DNA of 64,000 nucleotides from assembly GCF_009914755.1 (NCBI RefSeq), contig NC_060947.1, one strand, 5' to 3'. Positions within the stretch are counted from its first letter, which is position 1; the number at the start of each line of letters is the position of its first letter. The notes below the pieces were generated by a model. It saw only the letters and a list, made by a program, of their open reading frames with translations, was not told the DNA's origin and made no database searches. This document shows, piece by piece, positions 27,820-41,714 of the stretch. Position numbers and translations under genes: made by a program. This DNA comes from the human T2T-CHM13v2.0 reference genome, Homo sapiens.

Positions 27820-30560
27820 TCATTTGTAAAACTTAAGTAAACGTATCATGCTGAAGGTCATTCTTCATTTATAGTTAAATTTGAGATGGAATGAATTGAT
27901 ACCTGTAACTATAGTTTATTCATCTTGTTGATTATTCCAATGTGGGCAGTTTCTAACTTTTCGTTATTCCAAGCAAGTTACTGTTAGCATTCTTGTCCTT
28001 GACACTGCACCCATAGCTTGAGCTTCTCTCAAGTGGAAAGCTGGCTGGTAGGCTGAGCACATCTTCAATTCTCCTGATGTTTCAAGATAGCGTCCCAAAG
28101 TGGTTCTATAAATGCACACTATCTCCAACAGAGCAAGGGATCCCTTTTGACTTCATGTCTTCCTTGGTGCTTGATACTGTCAGACTTTACTTTTTGCCAT
28201 CTTAGTGGAGTCTCATTGCTGTTTTAATTTGAATTTCCCTAACCAGCAGTAAAAGAGGTCTTTTCACATGTAATTGGTCATTCAGGTTTTTTCCTTCATT
28301 TAAATGCTCTTCTTTTCCTTTAATATGTCCTACAGAGGTTTTTTTCTCTTTACTTATTGATTTGTTGAAGTATGTGTGTGTGTATTCATAAATAGAGCTA
28401 TATATAATAGCTATATCTCTATATATTTCCATACATACATATATATTTACATTTTTATATTCTTGATATTAATTATAATCCCTTTGAATAAAATATGTTC
28501 CAAATAGTTTTCACACCGGTTTTTCTCTTTTTTCAGGGTATCTTTAATTTTCAGATATGTTGATCATTTGTATTCAAATTAATCGATGTTGTTTTAAAAG
28601 AATTTGTTCTTCTTGTGTCTTATATGCCAAATCTATTCTATTTCAAGGAAATTAATATTTCTACCTATGGTTGCTTTCAAATCCTTCAAGCTTTGGTTTT
28701 TGCATTTAGGCCTTTAATCTCTCTAGATTTTAATCTATTTAATTTTTCATAGGGCATGAGATAGGGATCTATCTTTTTACCCGTTATGGATAACCATTTC
28801 ACAAGCACTTTTATTTATTAGTTTATCCTTTTCCCAGTAATTCGTAACAACACTGCTGTAAATATGCTTCCATATATGTGGGAAAAAATTTCCAGGCTCT
28901 CTATGTAGTTTCATTCTTCTATTTTTTCAATGATTATTCCACAATTATGCCCTTACTTTCTGTAGCTTTATAATAAATCTTGACAAGTCCTCTACATTAT
29001 TCTTTTTTTTGTTCTTTCAAAATTAAGTTAATCTTAATAATTTAATTAATTAATTTTAAAGAAAAGTAACTTTATTAACTTAATAAAGTTAATTTTGTTA
29101 AGTATGGAATTTTAACTGTAACTTTCTCTGGGCACTACAAACAAATCTCTGCTTGTTGGCTTCTGTCATTCCTACTATGAGCTGTATTGCTCCTATAATT
29201 ATTATTCTGTTGTATATGATGTTTTATTTATTCTGGTTGCTTTTGTGAGTTTTCACTTGTCTGTTCTTGAATTTCAGTTTGATGTGCCAGGGTGTGGACT
29301 TGTCTTTATTTCCCCTGCTTGGGATTCATTTTGTTTCATGACTCTGCGTGTTCCTGTTTCATATGATTCTGGAATATTTCCATGATTATCTTTTGGAATA
29401 TTGCTTGTTCCTTATTCTCAGGATGCTGTTATTCTCCATCACCTTTTAGTCATTATATCCTGAATCTCTTCCATGTACCTTCCTTCTCTCTAAAACTGAC
29501 TTTGATACAATCTATCTGTTGATATTTATGTGCTGCATCCTAAGTAATTTTTTCATGTCTCTCTGCCCATTCATTTTTTTCTCAGTTCAGTCATGTGTAA
29601 TCTGATCTTTAATTTATCCATCGAGGTTTAGGTTCCAGGGCTTACTTTTTACTTCTACAAGTTCTCGTTTTTATTTCAAACCCATCTGTCTTTTAATTAC
29701 AATATCTTCCTCTTATTTCTGGTCCTTCTTCAATTCTAAATGCTTTTTGTAATCCAAATCTGATTACGTATTATGTTGTTGTGATTATATTGCTATTTGT
29801 GCCTTTTGACCATCATGAGCACTGGATTGGGACTTCACATGTATTGTGATTTTTTATTGTGAACTCATCTTCAGGAGGGTTTTTCAGTGGGAATTGTGTT
29901 GTGCCTTTTGACCTTCATGAGCATTGGGTTGTGACTTCACTATATTGTGATTTTTTTATTGTGAACTCATCTTCAGGAGGGTTTTATCAATGGGAATTGT
30001 GTGCAGCTCTTGATGAGCGTGTTCCTCTGTAGAAGGTTTTTAAATGTGTTTCTGCTATGAGCTGTAGTGTTGACACTCCCCCAGGACCAGTTCATTTTTT
30101 ACTTGCATGTTGCAGCTTCGAGAAGCATAGTGATTGTATAAACTACAAGTCTGGATCCATGCAATCAAAATTAACTGTCAAAAATGTACAATAATGCCAT
30201 TTTTATAGATCAAGAAAAAACAAACTTTCTTTTTCACTCTCCTATACTGGCAGAAAATTATCTTTACTTTGAAAGGTCTCAACTTAGTTGGTGTCTCAGT
30301 TCCAGCTCCATCAATCCCTGTAGTTTACTAAAACCAGCACAAAATTCCCAGGGTGGCAATAATGTCATGCACTTATATTCATGTTGTTTTGTGTTTTTTA
30401 TTTTTGGGGTATGCTGAGTTTTTTCCTTTTGGAGGGGGGAATTTGATTTTGCGTTTAAAGGACAGCTGTTGCACCGTACATAGCACTTCTAGTTGTTTTC
30501 TAACAGGAGCATTTTCAGGTTATCAAGTTCTTCTCATCAATAGAAGATAAAGTTGTAGGG
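27820..30560 (-). mobile_element. Ancient L1M/L1ME fragments (ORF2 3' part, then an ORF1-region piece), antisense
   Basis: 'tctcattgctgttttaatttgaatttccctaacc' and 'gcatttaggcctttaatc'. The ORF at 28202-28432 ends in the L1 ORF2-like 'REIQIKTAMR'. Boundaries approximate. Confidence 0.6.
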
Positions 30561-30569
30561 TTAGGTTTT

Positions 30570-31070
30570 TCAAACATAAATGCAACCCCGTCACATCCCT
30601 GATAACACGCTCACACAGTTTCCATTTTTCACTTGAAATACAATTCCAGTCTCTCTGACCTCACATTCTTTCATTCTTCCCCTCATCCACTTTATTCCCC
30701 TCTTTTATCAGTCGTTTAAATTCTTGATATCTGATTGCAATGCTTTCCCCCAGTAGTGTGTGTGAGGGGTGTGTGTATAAGAGCTCATTCATTTACTCCA
30801 ATATCAGTTCAAATGCTACTTTCTAAGTGAGGCTTTCTTTTATCATTTTCCAAGATGCTTCCCAGTCCATTCTCTGCTTTAATTTTTTCATAGGACTTTC
30901 TACCACCTTCAAGTATATTTATGTTTGTTTGCTTGTTATCTGTCTTTTGCCCCTGAGATGTAAGGCTCAGGAAACAAAACTTTGTGCTTATCTTATTGAT
31001 AGGTGTATCATCTTGACTAAAAGAATGCCTTACCCATATAGGCTCTTAATAAATATTTGTTGAGTAAGTA
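30570..31070 (+). mobile_element. L2 3' end
   Basis: Ends 'cccatataggctcttaataaatatttgttgagt', a typical L2 terminus. Confidence 0.7.
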
Positions 31071-31232
31071 GCTAAACATCTTTATCTCTGTTACTACCTC
31101 AAAATTAAATAACACAGAGGGATTTTCAATCCAGGTGTTTTAATTTCCAATATCCAGATTCTTTATGAGCCTACTAGTTCCCTACCTTTCAACTCCTAGG
31201 ATTTTGCAGAGAGAATTTAAAATGTATTAATG

Positions 31233-31514
31233 AGCCAGGTACAGTGGCTTATGCCTGTAATCCAGCACTTTGGGAGGCCAAAGCAGGTGGATCACTTGAG
31301 GTCAGGAGTTCGAGACCAGCCTGGCCAACATGGTGAAACCCCATCTCTAGTAAAAATACAAAAAATTTGCTGGATGTGGTGGCTTATGCCTGTAATCTCA
31401 GCTGCTCGGGAGATTGAGGCAGGAGAATCGCTTGAACTTGGGAGGTGGAGGTTGCAGTGAGTCAAGATCGTACCATTGGACTGCAGCCTGGGCAACAGGG
31501 CAAGACTGCCTCTC

Positions 31515-31530
<16 letters not shown>
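31233..31530 (+). mobile_element. AluS
   Basis: Full dimer with a poly-A tail followed by (TA)n. Confidence 0.95.
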
Positions 31531-31558
<28 letters not shown>

Positions 31559-31589
31559 AATGGTTTTCTTGCAAGAAGATACATATATC

Positions 31590-32040
31590 TGTTTAGGTGT
31601 ATGTGTATGTATATATTTACACATATGTTTCTGTATTTTTATGTATATATTTACACATATATGTTTTTGGTGTATATATGTATATACTTACACATATGTT
31701 TCTGTGTATGTGTGTATTTATTTACACATATATGTTTTTGGTATATGTATGTATATACTTACACACATGTTTCTGTATATGTATATATTTACACATATGT
31801 TTCTGTATATGTATATATTTGTACATATGTTCCTGTATATGCATGTATACATTTACACATGTTTCTGTATATGTGTGTATATATTTACACATGTACTTGT
31901 ATATGTATGTATATGCTTACACATATGTTTCTATATATGTATATATTTACACATATGTGTTTCTGTATATGTGTGTACATATTTACACATATGTTTTTGT
32001 TTATATATTTACACATATTTTTCTGTATGTATATATATTA
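31590..32040. repeat. AT-rich tandem repeat, about 28-34 bp unit (TATATATTTACACATATGTTTCTGTATATG-like)
   Basis: Repeated 'tttacacatatgtttctgtat' blocks. Confidence 0.9.
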
Positions 32041-32210
32041 TTTTAGAGAGCATGTTATAATATCCACTAATACTATTATCATTCTTTTTTAAAAATATAT
32101 TTATAATCTAACTCTAAATATGAATATTTAAAAACATATTTTTATGTAATGAGATCCATTGCTCAAAATGGTTTTCTAGTCTCACCATCTTCCTTTATCT
32201 CTACTCAGAC

Positions 32211-32493
32211 TTTTTCTGTTTTGTTTTTCTCGTGGCCCAGGCTGGAATGCAGACTGCAATCATAGCTCATGACAGCCTCAAACTCCTGGGCTTATCCTTC
32301 AGCCTACTGAGTAGCTAGGACTCGGGGTGTGTGCCACCATCATGCTAATTTTTGAAACAATTATTTTTGGTAGAGATGGGGTCTCAATCTTGCTGTGTTG
32401 CCCAGGCTGGCCTTGAACTCCTGGCTTCAAGTGATCCTCCTGCCTTGGCCTCCCAAAGTGCTGGGATTTCAGATGTGAGCCACTGCACTGGCC
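32211..32493 (-). mobile_element. AluJ (degenerate)
   Basis: 'cccaggctggaatgcag...gagccactgcactggcc'. Confidence 0.85.
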
Positions 32494-33140
32494 AGAGGTT
32501 TTGTTTGTTTATATTGAGTACTTTTGTGCATATTAGTCTCAGTAAGGAAAGTAAATCTTCTGAGATGCTGCATATATTAAAAAAAATTCTTTTCTTTTTT
32601 CTGTTTCCTTTTTCCTTCCAGTAAAATAGTTAGTGTATATAGGATGCTTGGATCCCAGCTGTTTTCCAGTCATAGTATGTAATATTAACTGTTTTCTAGA
32701 TTCCTGTATGGTGATGAGTATGTTTGATTCAAGACTAATTTTCTTTTTATTACAGGTAATCCTTCATTTGTGGAGGCTTATAAGGTTTTTTCTGTGCCTT
32801 TGTGATTAATCAATTTAATAAGAATTGTCCTTTTTTTTTCTATTTTTGCCTCCTACTTCCTGAGATAATTTTTTCATTTGTGTTTCTAAAATATCAATGT
32901 AGTTTATTAGCAGTGACTCATCACTTTTTAACTTGCCTTATTTATTGATTTTTAAATTTTACCAATATCATTCTTAAATTCAGAAAGTCTCTTTAAAAAA
33001 TATCCTCATTTTATCTCCTTGGTGGTCACAAGATCTTTCATCTGTACTCTCTCTTTTGTCTCTCCGATTATATCCTCCTCATTAGATGTTGATAGTGTCT
33101 CTTCCTCATTTTTAAATGAGATAATAATTTTTAAAATTAA

Positions 33141-33527
<387 letters not shown>

Positions 33528-35426
33528 ATCTCTCATTCTGGTGGGCAGTAGAAGATGGAGCAGTTTAATAGGCCAGTAGGCAACAACCTGCTCAAGTGAG
33601 GTCCACCCTTCCCTAAGAGGTAAAGGGAGGCTTCTGCTTCCAAATCTCTATAGGGATCAGGAGGGGAAAATGGTCATCCTCTTGTATGCATTAGGCACAC
33701 AGGGTTCTGGCTGGGGAACAGTTGTGTCAACGCACTCAGGAAGATGCCCAGAGAAGAACCCACTCCAAGCAGCGAGGTGAAAACCTCCACGAGGCAATGC
33801 ACTAGAGAGGTCTACCAGTATGGGCCACTAGGGGCTGGTCCTAAAGCCCTCTCCTAGGTGTTGCCCAGAGAACTCCCCCATAGGTTCAGGACCCCAGATG
33901 CCCTACTCCCTCCTTTTATATCTCTAGCAAGGTTTCTGAATACCAAAGGGACTAAAGCCATTAAGTTGCTATCCCTGGCATCTTCCAAAATATGTTTTCT
34001 AATTTGCAACCAATGACCAGCAGATTTTTCTCCAGCTTGCTTGTTTATTACTACCAGGTCTTTGAACTGTATATCCAAGCTGGGTGGTATCTGAGAGCTG
34101 ACATACGCCAGAGATTTTCAAACTCTGTTCTGAGCACCACTTGGCCTAAGGGTGAGGGGTGGAGATTGTTAATGATAGAGGTGGAGACTATGAATGATAG
34201 AAGTGCTTTCTGATTGTTTTATGGATTGCTCTTGAATCCATTGCTCAGAATCTTATGGATTTCTGTTGTTCTTGTTTTTAAAGGATTGCAGTTTCAGCCA
34301 CAATTTTATTTGAAGACTCATGATCCATGCAGCTTCCTCATTTCACATGATGTAGAAAAGCCACACGGCCCATCTGAGGCAAGGAGGCACTAACTAAAAT
34401 CCAAGTGTTGCAGTTTGCTGCAAAACCATCCCCTTTACACTTGTGTGCAGGATGACCCTGCTGTATGAAGATAAAACAAACACACTCTTCCTCCAGGTAG
34501 ATGCATTATCCTCAGCAGAGAATGTTCTTCTCATAATCCAAATGTGACACTCATTGTTTCTCTTTAATATAAATAATTAGACAAGAAGCCTTGAAATAAG
34601 AAAAGGTAAAAACACATGGGAAAAATACATATTCTTTAATGATGTTGTTTTTTAGGTGTTTCATGTCTTACTTAAAGTGTGCCTAACAAAGCCTTTTCTA
34701 TTAAATAAGGATAAAACCAGGATAACCCTTTAAGAAGGTAACCAATCTTAAAAGCATCTTACATCATTGTTCTGGATTGAGCACATTCGACTATTATTGG
34801 AAACAACTGCCCCATAACCACCAAAATCACCATTATCCTGTTGCACAGACATTTCAGGCTATGTTTCCAAAGTACTTTTAAATCATTTTTATTAGTTATT
34901 ACCCTGTGCTCTAGTTTTTTAATTGGCAGACATTGTGTCTCAGTGCCATGTTCCTAATTAAATCCCCAGACTAAACTGTGAAAACTGCCCCCATATTTTT
35001 ACACGATGTGGACGCCATTTGAAAAGGGAATACATGAATTTTAATTATGTTGTTCATCTTTATGCAACGGAGCCAATCACTAGATTTTAGAAAAATATAT
35101 TCCACCCAAGTTTGTCTAAAATGTTCCTACATTGGGGTTAATTGTATTCTATAATTCTATGCCTTGTGAAACAAGCTTTTAAAAAATAAAACAAAAAACA
35201 AATTCCCTTTATTAACCTTGAGAACATGAAGCTATGTGAAATAAACTTATCACAAGAAAAGAAATATGTGATCCCACTCATAGGAGGCTTCTAAAGTCAT
35301 CAGATTTGTGGAATGCAATTCATTCAGAAAATAGAATGGTGTTTCCTGAGGGTTGGGGCAGGGGAAATGGGGATTTGTTGTTTAATAGGTACAGAGTCCA
35401 CATTTTGCAAGATGAAAAGAATTCTG

Positions 35427-36130
35427 CAAGATTATGTTCTTCGCAGTGATAAGGATGGAGCTGGAGGCTATTATCCTAAGCAAACCAATGCAGAAACAGA
35501 AAACTAAGTACCATATGTTTGCACTTATCAATGGGAGCTAAACAATGAGGACACATGGACACATAGAGGGGAACACCACACAATGGAACATTCTTGAGGG
35601 TGGGAGGTGGGAAGAGGGAAAGGATCAGAAAAAACACTGAGCTGGTGCTATGCTTATTATCTGGCTGACAAAACAATCTGTACGCCACACCCTGTGACCC
35701 GCAGTTTACTTATTGTATTAGTCCATCTCCACGATGCTGTAAAGAATACCCTGAGACTGGGTAATTTATAAAGAGATTTAATTGATTCACAGTTCTGCCC
35801 CGGTGGGAAGGCCTCAGGAAACTAACAATCATGATGGAAGGTGAAGGGGAAGCAAGCACCTTCTTTACAAGGTGGCAGGAAGGAGAGGGAGAGCAGGGGA
35901 AACTGTCACTTATAAACTATCAGATCTCGTGAGAACTCCCTCACTATCACGAGAACAGCAAGGGGGAAACCACCCACATGATCCAATCACCTCCCACCGG
36001 GTCTCTCCCTGGACACCTGGGGATTACAATTGGAGGTGAGATTTGGGTGGGGACAGAGACCCAAAAAATATCACCTAAATAACAGACCTACACATGTATG
36101 CCTGAACCTAAAATTAAAGTTAAAAGTAAA
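35427..36130 (+). mobile_element. Old L1PA 3' end, split by MSTA
   Basis: 'ggatggagctggaggctattatcctaagcaaac...gggagctaaacaatgagg', resuming 'cctaaataacagacctacacatgta'. Confidence 0.8.
35714..36073 (-). mobile_element. MSTA solo LTR (MaLR)
   Basis: 'tgtattagtcc...gagactgggtaatttataaag...tatca'. Degenerate 5-bp TSD cttat/cctaa. Confidence 0.82.
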
Positions 36131-36496
36131 GAAGAGAGTTCTGGAGATTTGCTTACTCAACAACGTGAGTGTTCTTAATTACTACTGAACACTTTAAAAT
36201 GGTTAAAATGGCACATTTTAGGCTGCGTGTATTTTACCATAATTAAAAAACTTTTCAAATTTCCTTTAAACTAATAAGTGTATCTTCACTGAACAAAAAT
36301 AATGTGGGGAAGCAAAAGAGAAAGTGTTATTACCTGGAGTATTGATTTCCAGGAGTTTATGGTGCTGCATGTTTAAATGAACCCCAATAAAAAACATGAC
36401 TATTGCCAAGGCAGATTCCGTGGAATAGTCGTCGTGGTAGTATTCAAGCAGCCACATGCTGGCTCGTATGAATCTAGTAGTTTCTGAGCTGAATTC

Positions 36497-36792
36497 TTTT
36501 TTTTTTTTTTTTTTCCGCTTTGAGACAGGGTCTCACTCTGTCATCCAGGGTGGAGTGTAGTGGCATGATCATGGCTCACTGTAGCCTCAACCTTGGGGGC
36601 TCAATTGATCCTCCTGCCTCAGCCACCCAAGTAGCTGGAACTACAGGTTCATGCCACCATCCCCAGCTAATTTTTACATTTTTTGTAGAGACAGGGTTTT
36701 GCCATGTTGCCCAGACTGGTCTGGAACTCCTGGGCTCAAGCAATCCTCTCAAAGTGCTGGGATTACAGGCGTGAGCCACCACACCCTGTGGC
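36497..36792 (-). mobile_element. AluJ
   Basis: Poly-T followed by both arms. Confidence 0.92.
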
Positions 36793-37924
36793 AGTTACAT
36801 TCTTAAAGCAAGGATTGGGAAAAAGAAAATCGTTGAAGGGATTCTATCTTACTGAAATCTTAGAACTCTTCCTATTCGATTTCCTCCAGTTCGGTTTCAA
36901 ACTCCTGCATGTGGAGTGAAGGGGGAAAGACAGGTTAATAACCACAGGATGATCCTTTACCAGTGAGGCCGTGAGGGAACTGGGCTTCCTGACCTGAGGG
37001 TTCAGACTTGCTCCACTTCATTGCAAAGAAACTGGTCATGCATCTTTTGCCACAGAGTTTAATGATTTATCATCTTCTGGTACTTTGTCGAGATGACAGC
37101 AGGCATCACGTCGTTTATTTTTCTCTGTGGAATCCGTATGAAGTTGAGTGGATGGAGCACTCTGCAATCTACTTATGCAACCTACGTCCAACCTTCTGCA
37201 TTGAACGATATCTATTGCTTCAGACATAAGAACGATTTTTGCAAGATGAATTTGGGCTTGTTTGTATTTGAGCTGGCAAACAATAGAGAAGTGTCTCTGA
37301 TGGAACTTGCATTTGTGCAGGGAGAGGTAACACACGCGACTGAGTGAGTGATCATAAGAGCAAATAGGTGAAATTCCACAGTCCCTACTGGAAACCTGGC
37401 TACACATCTTTTATCCTCTAAAATCCTTCTGAGGATTAAGTGGTATTATGCACTGCCTATTGTTTTTCTCTAAATCCTGTCTTGTAGAAGGCAATGTCAA
37501 TAAAATAGCATGCAGAACTGCTGGGCCATCCTTCATTGCCAGCTGATCCCACAAAGCATTTTATGAACATCTCAGACAAAAGATGGTTCTATCCTCATGG
37601 AATTAAATCAAATTAGTCCCCTCCTTAAGGCTCCCAATGGAGACAGCACTTACAATGATGGTTGAAATGAAGGAACTCACCTAAATCAAATAAGGTAATG
37701 CATGTGAAATGATTCTGTAAGCTTCAACAGGTAAATTTCAGTTATTTGGATTATTTTTAATAGTATTATTACTACTAAAATTACTATTCATAAGGCAACT
37801 TAGACCATTCTTGATACTTTCAGACAGAGGGCAGTAAACTATGACCCATGGGTTAAATCTGACCTGCTGCCATGTTTCTGTGTTTGTTAACAGTTTTTTT
37901 AATGACTGGTGTGTTAAGAATGGT

Positions 37925-38380
37925 TCATATGTTAATTGCATCACTACTCACAATAGCAATGACGTGGAATCAACCTAAATGCCCATCAATGACAGACTGC
38001 GTGAAGAAAATGTGGTACATATACACCAAGAAATACTATACGGACATAAAAAAGAACGAGATCATGTTTTTTTGCGGGGACATGGATGGAGCTGGAGGCT
38101 ATTAACCTTAGCAAACTAACACAAGAACAGAAAAGCAAGTGCCGCATGTTCTCACTTATAAGTGGGAGCTAAACGCTGAGAACACATGGATACCTAGAGG
38201 AGAACAACACACACTGGGGCCTATCAGAGGGTGGAGGGTGGGAGGAGGGAGAGGATTGGGAAAAATAACTGATGAGAATACCTGGGTGATGAAATAATCT
38301 GCACGGCAAACCCCCATGACACACATTTACCTATGAAACAAACCTGCACATGTATCCCTGAATGCAAAAGTTGAAAAAAA
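37925..38380 (+). mobile_element. Old L1PA 3' end
   Basis: ORF2 C-terminus remnant (TWNQPKCPS...KKMWYIYT) followed by the 3'UTR and A tail. Confidence 0.88.
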
Positions 38381-40095
38381 ACTTAATTGGTTGTATATGT
38401 ACTTACATAATCTTCTCAGCATTGCTTCTTGGGTATACAGACTGAAAAGTCTAAAACATTATCTGGCTCTTGGGGAACAACAACAAAAGGGTTGCAGAAC
38501 TCTGCCTTACAACCATGGCTTTATAAATGTATGTTTAAATTCAAAAAGAGCTTCAAAGGATCTTCTGAAGAACCCTGAAGAGAGGGTGATATTGCAGCCT
38601 CTGTGTCAAAGATAATTTTAAAATGAGTCTGAGCTTTTGTTCAGTAAAGACAATGCCACTGGAAGCTGGGCTTCCGGACCTGAGGGTTCAGACTTGTTCC
38701 ACTTCATTGCAAAGAAACGAGTCAGGCATCTTCTGCCATAGTGTTTAATGATTTATCATCTACTGGTACTTTGTCGAGATGACAGCAGGCATCATGTCAT
38801 TTATTTTTCTCTATGGAATCCGTATGAGGCTGAGTGGATGGAGCACTCTGCAAAAGAGACTTCCAAGTTTGTGAGTGGTCTCTTTTCTAGAATACGTTAA
38901 AAGCATTTTGTAACCTAAAGAATTTCACCTCTGTTCTGCTCGTTGATAATTTCCCTCTTAAATAATTACTAGCAAAATGTTTCAGTGACACAGAAGTTAG
39001 TGTTCTCAAGGAAACAATTTAAATCGTTCTTTAATGCTATTTACAGAGTCCTTGTTAAGGTATCAGCCTAATGCCTTTCTAAAGAGGGTGATGGGTTGTG
39101 GGCCAGTCTCTCAGGAACATTTTAGTTCTCTTGTGCTTGAAAGCGTAGCTTTGCATTACTCAAGGGATTGTGGAGAAATCTGCCTTACAGTTCAGAGAAT
39201 GCAATTTTCAAAGATTCGTGTCTGTCTTTAAACATCTTCTGTCACTCTGAACTTCCCAGGAGGAGCATGCATGCACAATGGCACAATGACTTAAACAATA
39301 CATACATTTCTAGGAAAAGAACACATTTGGAAACTTGCATTTATAGCTGCCAGATTAATGCATTTGGCCAGTTTCACACGAGACCTATATGAAAATGGTA
39401 TAGATGAACATCGATAATCCACTAAATTATATTTTTTCCTTTTTATATATCCACTTTTTTTTTTCACTAAATGTGAGTGGCATTTTGATGTGAACTGTTA
39501 ATTGTTACTATCAAGGCTGTTTATTCCGGATCCTATGTATCAGACACTGTGTTACAAACATAGACGCATGAATTGAATGCTCATAGGAACCTCATAATAC
39601 TAGGAGCACAGTGTAATAAAAAAGATAAGAAGTCAACATGAAAAGATCAAATTCTGGTTTTGTTCCTATCAGCATTCTCATCTATAAATGAGACAACAAG
39701 AAAGTGATGATAGTGGCAATAAAAATATCACCTAGTTTGACCTTAGAGAAGTATTATAAGAATAAAAGGCAACAATGTCTGTGAAAGCTTTGAAGTCTGA
39801 GTGATGCAATGGCTCTGAAACAGACAGAAGAGGATGTTGTAAGGTGTAGTCCTAGGTTAGCTAAGACAGTGCACAACAAAACCACTCTGGAAAGGTTTAA
39901 TACATACAATTCTTCATTCAGAGATGATGAGAAATATATGCTTCATATACAAAAAAAAAAAAAACAGCTCTCTGTCTGTTTCCTTCTGTCTCTTCATCTC
40001 TGTCTCTTATCTCTCTCTTTCTCTATTTTGTCTCTCTCTGTCTGTATCTCTCAGTCTCTCCCCCCCACACAAAGTGGTTCAGCAGAGTTAACATT

Positions 40096-40495
40096 ATGCA
40101 TGTTGTCACTTATTTGTGGGAGCTAAAAATTAAAACAATTGAATTCATGGGAATAGAGTGTAGAATGATGATTACCAAATGCTGGGAAGGGTAGTGGGGG
40201 TGGTGGTGAGAGGGGAAGTAGAGATGGTTAATGGGTACAAAAAATAGTAGAAAAAATGAATAAGATTTAGTTTGATAGCACAACAGGGTGACTATAGTCA
40301 ATAACAATTTAACTATTATTTAAAAATAACTAAAAGAGTATCGTTGGATTGTTTGTAACACAAAGGATAAGTGCTTGAGGAGATAGATACCAAAGTTTAC
40401 ATGATATGATATTGTATGCCTGTATCAAAATATCCTACATACTCCATAAATATATACACCTACTGTATACCCATAAAAATTAAAAAAGAAAATAC
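40096..40495 (+). mobile_element. L1MA-type 3' end
   Basis: 'cacttatttgtgggagctaaaaattaaaacaattgaa...gatagcacaacagggtgactatagtcaataa'. Confidence 0.85.
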
Positions 40496-40883
40496 CTTAG
40501 CCACCCATGTGAGTCAGGGTTCTCAGAAAAACAGAACCAATAGGATATGGGTGTGTATATATATGTAGTGTATATATACTGTGTGTGTGCATATATACAT
40601 GCATGTATATATACACATATATATCATTTGCATGTATATATACACATACATACATGCATGTATGTATGCACACATACAGTATATATACATTACATATATA
40701 CACATAATACACACACCCACATGTGTATATATACACATATATAGATGAATGTATATGTGTATATATATATACGTGTATATGTGTATATATACATATCCGT
40801 ATGTGTATATACACATATACACACATATACATGTGCATATACATATATGTATATGTAGATATACATACACACACAGATACATG

Positions 40884-40950
40884 TATTAAATTGTTGCAAA
40901 AGTAATTACTTTTAATGGCAAAAACCACAATTACTTTTGCACCAACCTAT
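40884..40950. mobile_element. MADE1 MITE
   Basis: Inverted arms 'tgcaaaagtaatt' / 'aattacttttgcaccaacct' within a TA-rich tract. Confidence 0.8.
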
Positions 40951-41280
40951 ATACGCAGAGGAAGAGGAAAGACAGAGGGAGAAAGGTTTATTCGATTGTG
41001 CCAGAGGCTGGTAACAACGTGCAAAGCAGGCTGGCTTGCTGGAGACCGGGAAAACAGTGGATGACGCAGTCCCGTGTCTAACTGCTGGAAACCCAGGCTG
41101 AATTTCTATGTTGGAGTCTGGAAGCTGAATTTCTCCTTCATTGGGAAACATTGGTCTTTGTGCTTGAGGCCTTGGACTGACTGAATGGGGCCCACCCGTA
41201 TTACGGAGGACAATGTGCTTTACTAAAACTCAACTGATAGTAAATGTTCACCACATCTCAAAAGAAAAATCTCTTCCCTT

Positions 41281-41590
41281 GGCTGGACTTGGTGGCTCAC
41301 GCCTGTAATCCCAGCACTTTGACAGGCTGAGTCAGGAGGATGACTTGAAGTCAGAGCAACATAGTGAGACCCACCTGAGCAACATAGCAAGACTCATATC
41401 TATAAAATTTTTAATACTTTAGCCAGGCATTGGGGCTTGTGCCTGTAGTCCTAGCTACTCAGGAGGCGGAGGCAGGAGGACTGCTTAAGCCCAGAAGGTT
41501 GAGGCTGGAGTGAGTTGTATTATTTGCACCACTGCACTCCAGCCTATGTGACAGAGCAAGACCCTGTCTCTAAAACAAACAAACAAAAAA
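41281..41590 (+). mobile_element. AluJ
   Basis: 'ggctggacttggtggctcacgcctgtaatcccagc' through to an (AAAC)n tail. Confidence 0.9.
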
Positions 41591-41714
41591 GTTCCTTCCC
41601 AACAACATCTAGACTACGTGTTCGGACAAACAACTGGTCACCAGTTTCTAGCCAAGCAGACACATAAAACTAACCATCACACCAACTATAGTTGTAGTAA
41701 CTTTTAAAACTATG

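Larger units (their letters stand above)
35213..36250 (+). mobile_element. L1MB-type 3' end (35213-35426 and 36144-36250) split by a younger L1PA
   Basis: The L1MB 3'UTR breaks at 'gaaaagaattctg' and resumes after 'gaagagagttctg'. Confidence 0.72.
40508..41681 (-). mobile_element. MLT2-family LTR (ERVL) carrying a (TA/TG)n expansion, a MADE1 and an AluJ
   Basis: Starts 'tgtgagtcagggttctc...acagaaccaatagga' and ends 'gacacataaaactaaccatcaca'. Confidence 0.8.

Noticed and set aside
29067-29091. Perfect 12-bp-arm AT palindrome (TAACTTTATTAA-C-TTAATAAAGTTA)
   Set aside because: It sits in extremely AT-rich low-complexity DNA between L1 fragments, where palindromes arise easily.
31445-32092. Longest ORF (215 aa) and overlapping 166-aa and 149-aa ORFs
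   Set aside because: These read through an Alu tail and an AT-rich tandem repeat. They are open in three frames because the repeat lacks stops, and the Y/I/M/C-rich product is low complexity.
37008-37407. ORFs of 73-123 aa over the duplicated unique segment
   Set aside because: No recognisable domain, and lengths are within what occurs by chance.
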